64,000 nucleotides of DNA from Rhodospirillaceae bacterium (GTDB lineage Bacteria; Pseudomonadota; Alphaproteobacteria; UBA6615): assembly GCA_038132575.1 (NCBI GenBank), contig JAYPRP010000001.1:78747-142746 (forward strand), read 5' to 3'. How positions within the stretch are numbered: the first letter of the stretch is position 1; every line of letters starts with the position of its first letter. Shown here piece after piece: positions 27,553 through 37,110 of the stretch. Below the pieces are notes generated by a model. That model did no database searches. It was not told the DNA's origin and saw only the letters and a list, made by a program, of their open reading frames with translations. Both the position numbers and the translations under genes were made by a program.

Positions 27553-27609
27553 CCGGCGGGGCGACGGATCGAACTTAGCAAATAGATGCGCGTCCTGTAG
27601 CTTGCATCG

Positions 27610-28521
27610 GTGTCGTTCCTCTCCCAAACACCGGGCCGCGTTCCGACCGTGGCCGTCGCCCTCATGTTCACTGCCGGCGCGCTGGTGGCGGGCACGTCCC
27701 TGTTCGCGAAAATTCTCGGGCTCCCGGACGGGGCGGCACCGGGCCTGAACCCGTTCCAGATCAGCGCCGGGCGTTTTGTCTTCGGGCTTGCCACGCTCCT
27801 GCTCTTCGTCGGTGCCGTTCCGAAGGCGCGGCCTGGCTTCGGTGGCGCGAAATGGCAATGGCACCTGATGCGCGTCATCTGCGGCTGGCTGGGCGTGACG
27901 GCCATGTTCGCCGCGGTGTCCCGGATGCCGATCGCCGAGGCGACCGCGGTCAGCTTCATCAGTCCGCTGGTGACCATGACGCTGGCGATACCCATGCTGG
28001 GTGAGCGGATCGGCCCGCGTAAGGTGATCGCCGCGGCGCTGGCGGTGGCGGGGGCGGTTCTCATCCTGCGGCCGGGGTCCGATGCATTCCAACTCGCCGG
28101 CCTGTTGGCGCTCGCCGCGGCGGGGTTCATGGGGCTCGAGGCGATCTTCATCAAGCGGCTCGCCGACACCGAGCCGGCGCTGCGGATTCTCATCATCAAC
28201 AACACGATTGGCGCGTGCATATCGCTGTCGGTGGCGAGCTTCGTCTGGATCTGGCCGACCGGCTTCCAATGGGTGTTCCTGGTCGCGATCGGTAGCGTCA
28301 TGGTTTCGGCCCAGGCCTTCTTCATGCAGGCGCTCAGGCGCGGTGATGCGAGTTTCGTGATGCCGGCCTTCTACTCCGTGCTGATCTTCGCAGCGGCATA
28401 TGATTTCGCGGTGTTCGCGGTCCTGCCGGGTTGGGTCGCGGTCGCGGGATCGGCCCTGATCGTGTCGGGCGCGCTCGTCCTTGTGGTACGGAGCGGCAGG
28501 AGCGCGCGCCGCGGCTTTTGA
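27610..28521 (+). CDS. DMT superfamily (EamA-like) transporter
   Basis: ORF 27610..28521 (GTG start). Ten hydrophobic segments. Confidence 0.8.
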   Translation: MSFLSQTPGRVPTVAVALMFTAGALVAGTSLFAKILGLPDGAAPGLNPFQISAGRFVFGLATLLLFVGAVPKARPGFGGAKWQWHLMRVICGWLGVTAMFAAVSRMPIAEATAVSFISPLVTMTLAIPMLGERIGPRKVIAAALAVAGAVLILRPGSDAFQLAGLLALAAAGFMGLEAIFIKRLADTEPALRILIINNTIGACISLSVASFVWIWPTGFQWVFLVAIGSVMVSAQAFFMQALRRGDASFVMPAFYSVLIFAAAYDFAVFAVLPGWVAVAGSALIVSGALVLVVRSGRSARRGF

Positions 28522-28598
28522 CCCGATTCCCGCCATGCTAGGGTCTGCGCGCCCCGACCGGGGCGGACACTTATTTCCGCGTAAAGGAGTGGATTGGC

Positions 28599-29600
28599 AT
28601 GCTGAACGTCGCCGTGATCGGACTGGGCTGGTGGGGCAGCCATGTCGTCAAGACCCTGGACAAGAGCCGCAAGATTCGCGTCGTCGCCATCGTCGAGCTG
28701 AAGCCCACGGCGGCCGCACGCCGGCTGGCAAAGGATTACGGTATCCCGCTGACGGACGATTACGCCGCGGTCCTGAAGGACCCCAATGTGGAAGGCGTGA
28801 TCCTGACGACCCCGCACACGACCCACGAGGCGCTGCTGATGCAGGCCGCCCGGGCGAACAAGCAGATCTTCTGCGAGAAGCCGCTGTCGCTGACGTCGGC
28901 CAGTGCGAAGAAGATGGTCAAGGCGTGCCGCGACCGGGGGCTGGTGCTCGGGCTCGGCCACGAGCGGCGCTACGAGCCGGCCTGGATGAAGCTCGCCGAG
29001 ATGGTCCGCAATAAGGAACTCGGCACCATCATCGCGGTCGAGGCCAACAATTCCCACGACAAGTTCACGCCGCTCAAGGCCGACAACTGGCGCGGCAACC
29101 CGAAGGACGCGCCGGCGGCGGGCTGGACGGGCATGGGCGTGCACCTGACCGACTTCATGATCAGCCTGTTCGGGCCGATCCAGTGGGTGAGCGCCGCTTC
29201 GGACCGCCGTGTCCTCAAGCTGCCGTCGGGCGATGTCGTGACCACCCAGTTCCAGTTCAAGGACCGGACCGTGGGCACGATCAACGTCGTCTCCAAAACA
29301 CCCTACTATGCGCGCTTCGCCGTGTTCGGTAGCAAGGGCTGGGCCGAGATCGTGGATACGGCGCACCCGGAGGACTGGGACGACACGCACATGACGATCA
29401 GCATCGCGGGCGGCAAGCGCACCCACCGGGTCTACAAGCCGCGCGACACGGTGAAGATGAACTTCGAGGCCTGGGCCGACGCGGTTGCGGGAAAGAAGGA
29501 GTACATGTTCACCGACATCGAGCGGATCGGCAACGTTGCGGTGCTCGAGGCGCTGGTCAAGTCCACGCGGAGCGGCAAGCGCGAGCGGGTCCGCAACTAG
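28599..29600 (+). CDS. Gfo/Idh/MocA family oxidoreductase
   Basis: ORF 28599..29600. AGGAG SD. VAVIGLGWWG Rossmann start and EKPL motif. Confidence 0.85.
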   Translation: MLNVAVIGLGWWGSHVVKTLDKSRKIRVVAIVELKPTAAARRLAKDYGIPLTDDYAAVLKDPNVEGVILTTPHTTHEALLMQAARANKQIFCEKPLSLTSASAKKMVKACRDRGLVLGLGHERRYEPAWMKLAEMVRNKELGTIIAVEANNSHDKFTPLKADNWRGNPKDAPAAGWTGMGVHLTDFMISLFGPIQWVSAASDRRVLKLPSGDVVTTQFQFKDRTVGTINVVSKTPYYARFAVFGSKGWAEIVDTAHPEDWDDTHMTISIAGGKRTHRVYKPRDTVKMNFEAWADAVAGKKEYMFTDIERIGNVAVLEALVKSTRSGKRERVRN

Positions 29601-29640
29601 TGCTCACAGGTAGCGGCCCCGCAATGCCCGAGATGCGCCC

Positions 29641-30645
29641 ATGAAGTTCGGACTGTTTGGCGGTGCCTCGTCGCGCCGGGGCGGCGTTGCGCGCGACAGC
29701 ACCCAGGGCTACCGGGACTTTATCGGCTATGTCGAAGAGGCCGAGGAGCTCGGCTACCATTCGGTGTTCCTGGTCGAGCATCACTTCACCGGCTTCGGCC
29801 AGGTGTCCTCGTCGCTCAACTTGCTGACCTACCTGGCGGCGCGGACCACGCGGATGCGCCTGGGCACCGCGGTCGTGGTGCTGCCCTGGCACAACCCGGT
29901 GCTGCTGGCCGAACAGGCGGCGACGGTGGACCTGTTGTCGGGCGGCCGGCTCGAGTTCGGCGTTGGCAAGGGATACCGGCCGAACGAGTTCAACGGGTTC
30001 AACGTCAAGCCCGGCGACGCCCAGGCGCTGTTCGAGGAGTCCCTCGAGGTCATCCGCCGGGCCTGGACGTCGGAGGAGCGCTTCACCCACATCGGCAAGC
30101 ACTGGACCTTCCAGGACATCATCGTCGAACCGCCGCCGATCCAGCGGCCGCACCCGCCGATGTGGCTCGCCGCGGGCAGCCCCGATGGCCTTAGATGGGC
30201 TGCCGACAACGACTTCAACCTGCTGCTCGACCAGATCGCCTCGTTCGACCTGATCCAGGAGCGCTTCGACACCTACCGGGACGCCGTCGAGGCGGCGGGG
30301 CGGCGCTTCGACCCGATGAACGTGGCCGTCGCCCGGGCGCTGCACATCACCCACACCGAGGCCGAACGCGAGGCGGCGCACCAGCAGCGCGCGCGCCTTC
30401 TCTCGGGCATCTCGCGCCTGTCGCGGATTCGCGAGGGCGGCGGACCCCAGTCAACGATGCTCCAGTACAACGATACGCGGCTCGCGACGGAGGAGGGCGC
30501 GCTGATCGGTCCGCCGGAGGAGATCGTCGAGCGCCTCAAGCGCATGCGCGCCGGCGGGATCGAGTATGTGCTCCTGATCGACATCACGGGCTCGCGGGAT
30601 TCGCTGCGGATCTTCCGCGACGAGGTCATGCCGGCGCTGGACTAG
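29641..30645 (+). CDS. Luciferase-like (LLM class) flavin-dependent oxidoreductase
   Basis: ORF 29641..30645. MKFGLF..., LGYHSVFLVEHHF, RLEFGVGKGY. Confidence 0.85.
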   Translation: MKFGLFGGASSRRGGVARDSTQGYRDFIGYVEEAEELGYHSVFLVEHHFTGFGQVSSSLNLLTYLAARTTRMRLGTAVVVLPWHNPVLLAEQAATVDLLSGGRLEFGVGKGYRPNEFNGFNVKPGDAQALFEESLEVIRRAWTSEERFTHIGKHWTFQDIIVEPPPIQRPHPPMWLAAGSPDGLRWAADNDFNLLLDQIASFDLIQERFDTYRDAVEAAGRRFDPMNVAVARALHITHTEAEREAAHQQRARLLSGISRLSRIREGGGPQSTMLQYNDTRLATEEGALIGPPEEIVERLKRMRAGGIEYVLLIDITGSRDSLRIFRDEVMPALD

Positions 30646-30666
30646 AGGGAATTCCGAACGCAAAAC

Positions 30667-30690
30667 GGGCCGCGCATCAGTGCGCGGCCC
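30667..30690. terminator. Bidirectional hairpin terminator between convergent genes
   Basis: GGGCCGCGCA-TCAG-TGCGCGGCCC, flanked by an A-rich tract on the left and a T-rich tract on the right. Confidence 0.6.
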
Positions 30691-30717
30691 GCTTCGTTTC
30701 GGACGTGTCGGGTCCGG

Positions 30718-31560
30718 CTATTTGTACTTCACGACCTTGTTGCGATGCTCGCCGAGGCCCTCGATGCCCATGGTGACGACATCGCCGGCCCGCAGATATT
30801 TCGGGTTCTTCTCACCGTAGGCGACGCCCTGGGGTGTACCGGTGAAGATGATGTCGCCCGGATAGAGCGTGATGGTCTTGCTCAGGTTCGAGATCAGCGT
30901 CTTGCAGTCGTAGATCATGTCCTTGGTGTTGTTGTCCTGCTTGCGGACGCCGTTCACCTCGAGCCACATGTGTAGGTTGTTCGGGTTCGGCACCTCGTCC
31001 GCGGTGAGCAGCCACGGGCCGATCGGCGCGAAGGTGTCGGGGCTCTTGCCCTTGATCCACTGCAGGCCGCCGCGCTCGATCAGGAACTCGCGCTCGGACA
31101 CCTCGTTGCCCGCGAAGTAACCGGCGACGTATTTCAGCGCATCCTTCTTGGACACATGCTGCGCCTTGCGGCCCATGACCATGCAGAGCTCGACTTCCCA
31201 GTCGGTTTTCACCGAACCCTTGGGCAGCACGATGTTGTCGCGGTGGCCCGTCGGCGGGCAGGTCTTGGTGAAGACGAAAGGCTCGGACGGGATCGCCGCA
31301 TTCGCTTCCTCGGCATGCTCCTTGTAGTTCAGCGCGATGGCGAAGATGCGACGCTCGACGACGCACGGCCCGAGGCGCGGGCTGCCCTTGACCAGCGGCA
31401 GGCGCTTGGGGTCGCGCTTGCGGATTGCGGCGAGGCCCTTGGGCGTGAGGGTTTCGGCGTCGATGTCACCGACGACCTTCGAGAGATCGCGGAGCTTGCC
31501 ATCGGCATCGATCAGGCCGGGCTTCTCCTTGCCGCGCGGGCCGAAGCGAACGAGTTTCAT
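30718..31560 (-). CDS. Fumarylacetoacetate hydrolase (FAH) family protein
   Basis: ORF 30718..31659. ATG 31560 (MKLVRFGP). Motifs DWEVELCMVMG, FLIERGGLQWIKGKS, GDIIFTGTPQGV. Confidence 0.9.
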   Translation of the reverse strand: MKLVRFGPRGKEKPGLIDADGKLRDLSKVVGDIDAETLTPKGLAAIRKRDPKRLPLVKGSPRLGPCVVERRIFAIALNYKEHAEEANAAIPSEPFVFTKTCPPTGHRDNIVLPKGSVKTDWEVELCMVMGRKAQHVSKKDALKYVAGYFAGNEVSEREFLIERGGLQWIKGKSPDTFAPIGPWLLTADEVPNPNNLHMWLEVNGVRKQDNNTKDMIYDCKTLISNLSKTITLYPGDIIFTGTPQGVAYGEKNPKYLRAGDVVTMGIEGLGEHRNKVVKYK

Positions 31561-31683
31561 GGCTGGGTTCCCCCTGGAGTTGAATTGTCCCGGCGCACGC
31601 AACCCGGCCGGCGAAGTTTGAGTCCGGGCGTGTTGTAGCGCCCCGGGCGGGGCTTGCAAACCGTTCGTTTGCGCGGGGCGGGC

Positions 31684-32070
31684 CTATCCGCGGGCGTTTG
31701 CGGCGCGTTCGCGGAAACGGCGCAGGTCGAGCTCTGCGCTGTCGCCGAGCCATATGGCGTGGTCGGAATGGTCGGTCAGGTCGTCGCCGGTCTCGGGATG
31801 GACCAGGATCGTCAGGCCCCGCCGGTTGAGCGCCAGCCACGGAACCAGGTCCCCGAACAGCTCGGGCTTGAAGGCAACCTGGTAGCTCCAGAAAGGGTGC
31901 GGGCCGACGGGCTTGTCGTGCCAGCGGCCGAGCTCGACGTCGTAGCGTTCGTCGATCTCGGCGCGCAGCGCCTCGGCCTCCGCCTTGCTGTCGGCGTCGT
32001 AATACACATGGGCGTGGAAGCCCTCGAGGATCGTCGTATCCGTGCTCATGGGTTCAACATAGTAGGCCAT
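31684..32070 (-). CDS. DOPA 4,5-dioxygenase family protein
   Basis: ORF 31684..32070 (alternative ATG 32049). FHAHVYYD...GPHP.WSYQV...LVHP pattern of this small family. Confidence 0.7.
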   Translation of the reverse strand: MAYYVEPMSTDTTILEGFHAHVYYDADSKAEAEALRAEIDERYDVELGRWHDKPVGPHPFWSYQVAFKPELFGDLVPWLALNRRGLTILVHPETGDDLTDHSDHAIWLGDSAELDLRRFRERAANARG

Positions 32071-32251
32071 CCGGGCCGGTCAACACGTGTCACCGGGGTG
32101 TTTGCCTTCACTTTTCGGCGGTTGCGGTTGACGCCGCGCAAGCGGGCTTGGTTTACTCGTACCCGACCGCCGCGTCCGGGCCGGAATCCGGACGAAGTTC
32201 GACCCGTGGCCCTGTCCGTGCCGCGGTCTCAAGCGTTCCGGAAAGGCGGTC

Positions 32252-33598
32252 ATGCGGAACGCGGGCGCCAACGGGAGACGCGCCGTGACATCCTTGGGAT
32301 CCGGGCCGGCGATCCTCGACGCGCATCCGCGCGACCGGGCGCAGCTGCTCGATCATTTCAACTGGGTGCGCGGCGAGACCGAACGCCTTGCCGAACCCCT
32401 GTCGGCCGAGGACCAGGTCGTCCAGTCGATGCCCGACGCGAGCCCGACCAAGTGGCACCGCGCGCATGTGACCTGGTTCTTCGAGACCATGATCCTGCGC
32501 GAATTCGCGACTGACTATGTACCGCTCGACGAGCATTACTGCTTCCTCTTCAACTCCTACTACGACGCCGTCGGTGCGCGGCACCCCCGGCCGGAACGCG
32601 GGCTCCTGACCCGCCCGTCGGCCGACGAGGTCAAGGCCTATCGCGATCATGTGGATGCGGCGATGCGCGCGCTCATCGCGGATGCCGATGCCGAAACCTG
32701 GGTCCGGGTTGCGCCGCTCATTGTGCTGGGCCTGCATCACGAGCAGCAGCATCAGGAGCTGATCCTGATGGATATCCTGCACGCGTTTTCCCACAACAGC
32801 GTCGCGCCCGCCTACCAGGCCTACCGGTCGTCGGCGGCGCGGAAGACCCCCGAACTCCGCTGGTTCGACCATGACGGCGGGCTGGTCGAGATCGGCCATG
32901 ACGGAAGCGAATTCGCCTTCGACAATGAGGGCCCGCGCCACCAGGTTCACCTGGCCCCCTTCCGGCTCGCCTCGCGGCTGGTGACCAACGGCGAATGGAA
33001 GGACTTCATGGCGGATGGCGGTTATCGCCGTCCGGAGCTCTGGCTGTCCGACGGCTGGGCCGCGGTCGGCGAGCATGGTTGGGCGGCTCCGCTCTACTGG
33101 CAGCAGCTCGACGGGGAATGGCACGCCATGTCGCTGTCGGGCCTGCAGCAGGTGAACGACCAGGCACCGGTCTGTCACGTCAGCCTCTACGAGGCCGACG
33201 CCTATGCCCGCTGGGCCGGCAAGCGCCTGCCGCGCGAGGGCGAGTGGGAGGTCTTTGCCCGCGAGCAGCCGGTCGCGGGAAACTTCGTCGGATCGGGCCT
33301 GCTGCGGACCGCGCCGGCGACGGACGGTGCGCCCGACCGACCGGAACAGATGTTCGGCGACGTGTGGGAGTGGACCCAGAGCCCGTATGTTCCCTATCCC
33401 GGATTCAAGGCGGTCGCCGGAGCCGTCGGGGAATACAACGGAAAATTCATGGCCAACCAGTTCGTGCTCCGCGGCGGGGCGTGCGTGACGCCCGAGGGGC
33501 ACACCCGCGCGACCTACCGCAACTTCTTCTATCCCGCCATGCGCTGGATCTTCGCTGGGGTGCGCCTCGCCGACGATCGCGCCGGAGAGAAAAATTGA
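32252..33598 (+). CDS. egtB: Ergothioneine biosynthesis sulfoxide synthase EgtB (DinB_2 plus FGE-sulfatase domains)
   Basis: ORF 32252..33598. SPTKWHRAHVTWFFE, HHEQQHQEL, VCHVSLYEADAYARWAGKRLP.EGEWE, RGGACVTP. Confidence 0.85.
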   Translation: MRNAGANGRRAVTSLGSGPAILDAHPRDRAQLLDHFNWVRGETERLAEPLSAEDQVVQSMPDASPTKWHRAHVTWFFETMILREFATDYVPLDEHYCFLFNSYYDAVGARHPRPERGLLTRPSADEVKAYRDHVDAAMRALIADADAETWVRVAPLIVLGLHHEQQHQELILMDILHAFSHNSVAPAYQAYRSSAARKTPELRWFDHDGGLVEIGHDGSEFAFDNEGPRHQVHLAPFRLASRLVTNGEWKDFMADGGYRRPELWLSDGWAAVGEHGWAAPLYWQQLDGEWHAMSLSGLQQVNDQAPVCHVSLYEADAYARWAGKRLPREGEWEVFAREQPVAGNFVGSGLLRTAPATDGAPDRPEQMFGDVWEWTQSPYVPYPGFKAVAGAVGEYNGKFMANQFVLRGGACVTPEGHTRATYRNFFYPAMRWIFAGVRLADDRAGEKN

Positions 33599-33609
33599 GT
33601 GATGCGGCG

Positions 33610-34575
33610 ATGAGCCTTGGCCCGCTCCACGACTATGTGGAGTACGACCATGCGGCGGACAGCTTCCTCGACGACGTGCTCGAGGGGCTGGCGCAGTCCC
33701 AGAAGAAGCTGTCGAGCAAGTATTTCTATGACGAGCGCGGCTCCAAGCTGTTCGACGACATCTGCGCGCTTACGGAATACTATCCGACACGCACCGAGAC
33801 GGCGTTGCTCCAGACCCATGCCGAGGAGTTCGCCACACTGATCGGCGCCAACGCCAGCGTGGTCGAGTTCGGCAGCGGGTCCAGCACCAAGATTCGCATT
33901 CTGCTCGACGCGCTCGAGACCCCGGCGGCCTACATCCCCGTCGACATTTCGCGCGAGCATCTGCTGGAATCCGCGAAGGCGCTGGCCGGCGCCTACCCCG
34001 ACCTCCCGGTCGTACCCATCGCGGCGGACTACACCCAGCCGTTCGATTTGCCCGAGATTTCCGGCGAGGCGGCCCGGATCGGGTTTTTCCCGGGTTCGAC
34101 CATCGGCAACTTCACCCGCGACGCGGCGGCGGAGTTCCTGCGCGCGGCCGCGACCGATCTCGGCGCGGACAACGGGCTCCTGATCGGCGTCGATCTGCGC
34201 AAGGATGTCGATGTGCTGCACGCCGCGTACAACGATGCAGCCGGGGTGACGGCGGAGTTCAATCTGAACATGCTCCGTCGGGTGAACCGGGAGCTGGGTG
34301 GCGATTTCGACCTGGATGCGTTCACTCACGACGCGCGCTGGGTCGCCGAGAAGGGCCGTATCGAGATGCATCTCGTGAGTGAGCGGGACCAGCAGGTCCG
34401 GGTCAACGGCCACAGCTTCACGTTTGCGGCCGGCGAGACGATCCATACAGAAGACTCCCACAAATACGACATCGCGGAGTTCCATGCGCTCGCCGCGGAG
34501 GCCGGCTGGCGCGCCTTCCGTCACTGGACCGACGAAGATGACCTCTTCTCGCTGCACTATCTGCGGGTGGCGTAG
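33610..34575 (+). CDS. egtD: L-histidine N-alpha-methyltransferase EgtD
   Basis: Tail of ORF 32995..34575 from ATG 33610. KYFYDERGSKLFDDICALTEYYPTRTE, EFGSGSS, FFPGSTIGNF. Confidence 0.9.
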   Translation: MSLGPLHDYVEYDHAADSFLDDVLEGLAQSQKKLSSKYFYDERGSKLFDDICALTEYYPTRTETALLQTHAEEFATLIGANASVVEFGSGSSTKIRILLDALETPAAYIPVDISREHLLESAKALAGAYPDLPVVPIAADYTQPFDLPEISGEAARIGFFPGSTIGNFTRDAAAEFLRAAATDLGADNGLLIGVDLRKDVDVLHAAYNDAAGVTAEFNLNMLRRVNRELGGDFDLDAFTHDARWVAEKGRIEMHLVSERDQQVRVNGHSFTFAAGETIHTEDSHKYDIAEFHALAAEAGWRAFRHWTDEDDLFSLHYLRVA

Positions 34576-34622
34576 GACGGCATTGCCGCTGCTATAGTCC
34601 GCGCGAACAGCAGGAGGCAGAC

Positions 34623-35603
34623 ATGCAGACCCGCGTCGCGCGCATCCACGAGTATGGTGATCCGGACGTCATCCGGATCGAGACCGATACGCTTCCCGAT
34701 CCCGGCCCCGGCGAGGTGGTGCTCAAGCAGTCGGCCGCGGCGATCCACTTCGCGGACTCCTACATGCGCCAGGGCCGCTACTTCCTGAAGCCGCCCCTGC
34801 CGACGGTACTCGGCCTCGAGGGCGTCGGAACGGTCGCGGCGGTGGGTAACGGCGTTGCGGACCACAAGGAAGGCGACCGGGCGGCCTACCTGTTCTCGGT
34901 CGGCGCCTATGCCGACGCGCGGATCGTGCCCGCCGACCAGCTCTACGTGCCGCCGGCCGATCTAGACGACCGGACGGTCGTCGCCGCCTTCGTGCGCACC
35001 ATGACGGCCCAGTATCTGCTGCGCCGGCTCTACCGGGTCGAGGCGGGGGAGACGATCCTCGTCCACTCCGCGGCCGGCGGCATGGGGAGCCTGCTGACCC
35101 AGTGGGCAACCAGCCTCGGCGCGAAGGTGATCGGCACCGTGAGCTCGCCCGACAAGTTCCTGACGGCCGAGGAAAACGGCTGCGCCCATGTGATCGACTA
35201 CACGAAGGAAGACTTCGCCGACCAGGTGCTCGACATCACCGGCGGCGCGGGCGTGCCCGTGGTGTATGACGCGGTCGGTGCGGATGCCTATGAGGGGAAC
35301 CTGCGCGCACTCGCGCCGCGCGGCTGGTTCGTAAACTACGGCCACGCGTCCGGACCGCCGCCCATCGACGCGCTCGAGCTCAACCAGAAGTCCCTGATCT
35401 TCACCAAGGCGTCTATGAAGGACTATGTGGCGACGCCGGAGGAGAAAGCGGCGATGATGGATGACGTGGTGGCGGCAATTTCCGACGGCACGGTGAAGCC
35501 GAATATCACCGGCGCCTACGAGCTGGCCGACATCGCCGACGCGCACACGGCGCTGGACTCGCGCACCACGACCGGCGCGCTGGTGGCGGTGTTCGAAAGC
35601 TGA
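34623..35603 (+). CDS. NADPH:quinone oxidoreductase (MDR family, zeta-crystallin-like)
   Basis: ORF 34623..35603. HSAAGGMGSLL nucleotide motif. No catalytic-zinc Cys pattern. Confidence 0.85.
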   Translation: MQTRVARIHEYGDPDVIRIETDTLPDPGPGEVVLKQSAAAIHFADSYMRQGRYFLKPPLPTVLGLEGVGTVAAVGNGVADHKEGDRAAYLFSVGAYADARIVPADQLYVPPADLDDRTVVAAFVRTMTAQYLLRRLYRVEAGETILVHSAAGGMGSLLTQWATSLGAKVIGTVSSPDKFLTAEENGCAHVIDYTKEDFADQVLDITGGAGVPVVYDAVGADAYEGNLRALAPRGWFVNYGHASGPPPIDALELNQKSLIFTKASMKDYVATPEEKAAMMDDVVAAISDGTVKPNITGAYELADIADAHTALDSRTTTGALVAVFES

Positions 35604-35615
35604 CCGCGCAAACGA

Positions 35616-35645
35616 AAACCCCTCCCCCGCGAGGGGAAGGGGTTT
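35616..35645. terminator. Bidirectional hairpin terminator between convergent genes
   Basis: AAACCCCTCCCC-GCGA-GGGGAAGGGGTTT, with one bulge and A/T runs on both sides. Confidence 0.65.
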
Positions 35646-35670
35646 CGCGAACTCTCGGTAGAGGCTGGCT

Positions 35671-36897
35671 CTACTTGTCGATCAGGCCCTCGGCGAGCGC
35701 CTTGAACTCGTCCTCGGTCATCAGGCGCTTGTGGACCAGCGCCCAGTCCTTGACGGCCATCAGGATTTCCATGGCCTTCTCCTCCTCGACGCGGATCTGG
35801 AAGCGCTCGAGCCACTCCTTCACCGTGTCGATGCCGGAGCCCTTGCCCATGACGGTCTCGGGCTCGGCCTGGCCGACCATGCGCGGGCGGAACGGCATGA
35901 CCTCGGTCTGGAACTCGTCACCGCAGTTGAGCAGCCAGGTGGCGATGATGCCCGACTCGACCTTGAACAGGTCGTCACCGACCACCGGCCGGTTCGACGG
36001 CACGACGACGCCGGTGACGTCGCGGACCAGGTCGGCGAGCCACTTGAGCTTGTCGAGCTTGATGCCGATGTCGATGTCGTAGAGCGTGCGCAGCGCCATC
36101 ACAGTCTCTTCCATCGGCACGTTGCCGGCACGCTCGCCGACACCCAGGACGGTGGATTGGATGACCTCGACGCCCTCGGACAGGGCCATGATCGTGTTTG
36201 CCACGCCCATGCCGTAGTCCATGTGGAAGTGCGCCTCCATGGGGATGTCCGGGAAGCGGGCCTTCATCGAGCGCACGAAATACTGCATCGCGTGGATCGA
36301 GGTGGCGCCCATCGTGTCGACGAGGGCGAGGCCGTCCATGTGGCCTTCCTTGCCGACGCGGTCGATCAGGTCGATCACCCAGTTCAGGTCCGAACGGGTG
36401 AAGTCGATCGGGAAGAACACGACCTCGAGGCCGTTGTCGTGGGCGAACTTGGTGGATTCGATCGACAGGTCGATCGCCCGGTCGAGTTCCCACTGGTAGC
36501 CGTACTGGATGAGGTGCGGGCTGGCCGGCACCTCCATGATGACGCCGCCGACGCCGGAATCGACCGCGCGCTTGACGTCCTCGACCATGCAACGGGCGAA
36601 CGCATAGACGGTCGGGCCGAAGTCGCGCTTGGCGAGCTCTTGGACGACCTTGGCATCGTCCTTGGAGACGACCGGCATGCCGGCCTCGATGCGCTGGACG
36701 CCGACTTCGGCGAGGCCCTCGGCGATACGAATCTTGTCGTCGAAGTTGAACGCGAGGCCCGCCTGCTGCTCGCCGTCACGCAGGGTGACGTCGTGGATGC
36801 GGATGTTGTCGGGGAACTTCCAGTCCTTCGTCACTTCGTCGGCGAAGTTCCACGGGCTGGTGAACCAGTCGTCTGTTTTCCACGGTGTATCGGTCAT
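35671..36897 (-). CDS. HMGL-like (pyruvate carboxyltransferase / isopropylmalate-homocitrate synthase-like) enzyme
   Basis: ORF 35671..36897. IRIHDVTLRDGEQ start of the DRE-TIM barrel, HFHMDYGMGVAN, GVGERAGN. Confidence 0.8.
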   Translation of the reverse strand: MTDTPWKTDDWFTSPWNFADEVTKDWKFPDNIRIHDVTLRDGEQQAGLAFNFDDKIRIAEGLAEVGVQRIEAGMPVVSKDDAKVVQELAKRDFGPTVYAFARCMVEDVKRAVDSGVGGVIMEVPASPHLIQYGYQWELDRAIDLSIESTKFAHDNGLEVVFFPIDFTRSDLNWVIDLIDRVGKEGHMDGLALVDTMGATSIHAMQYFVRSMKARFPDIPMEAHFHMDYGMGVANTIMALSEGVEVIQSTVLGVGERAGNVPMEETVMALRTLYDIDIGIKLDKLKWLADLVRDVTGVVVPSNRPVVGDDLFKVESGIIATWLLNCGDEFQTEVMPFRPRMVGQAEPETVMGKGSGIDTVKEWLERFQIRVEEEKAMEILMAVKDWALVHKRLMTEDEFKALAEGLIDK

Positions 36898-37110
36898 GAG
36901 TTTTGCCTCCTCGCGCGCCCCATTTCGTTGCGCCGGTCGGTAGTTGTCGGGTGAGAAAAAGCCCGGAACATACCCCGGCCAAATTTCGCGCGGACTGTAT
37001 GAAACCGCCCGGGACGAGTCAACGCGAAGCCCCGCGCTGGCTCTGCCGTTGATGGCACAAGTTTTGGTCTGGAAATTCGGGAGAATGGACGTTCTGTCCG
37101 GAGCGCGTGC

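Noticed and set aside
27112-28536. A 474-aa ORF containing the PaaI thioesterase at its C-terminus.
   Set aside because: The upstream roughly 330 codons are antisense to the well-supported DMT transporter (27610..28521) and are Arg/Asp/His-rich with no motifs. The true gene is 27112..27552.
32995-34575. A 526-aa ORF extending egtD upstream through egtB.
   Set aside because: The upstream half is an alternative frame of egtB with Arg/Gly/Ala low-complexity text. EgtD-like sequence begins only at ATG 33610.
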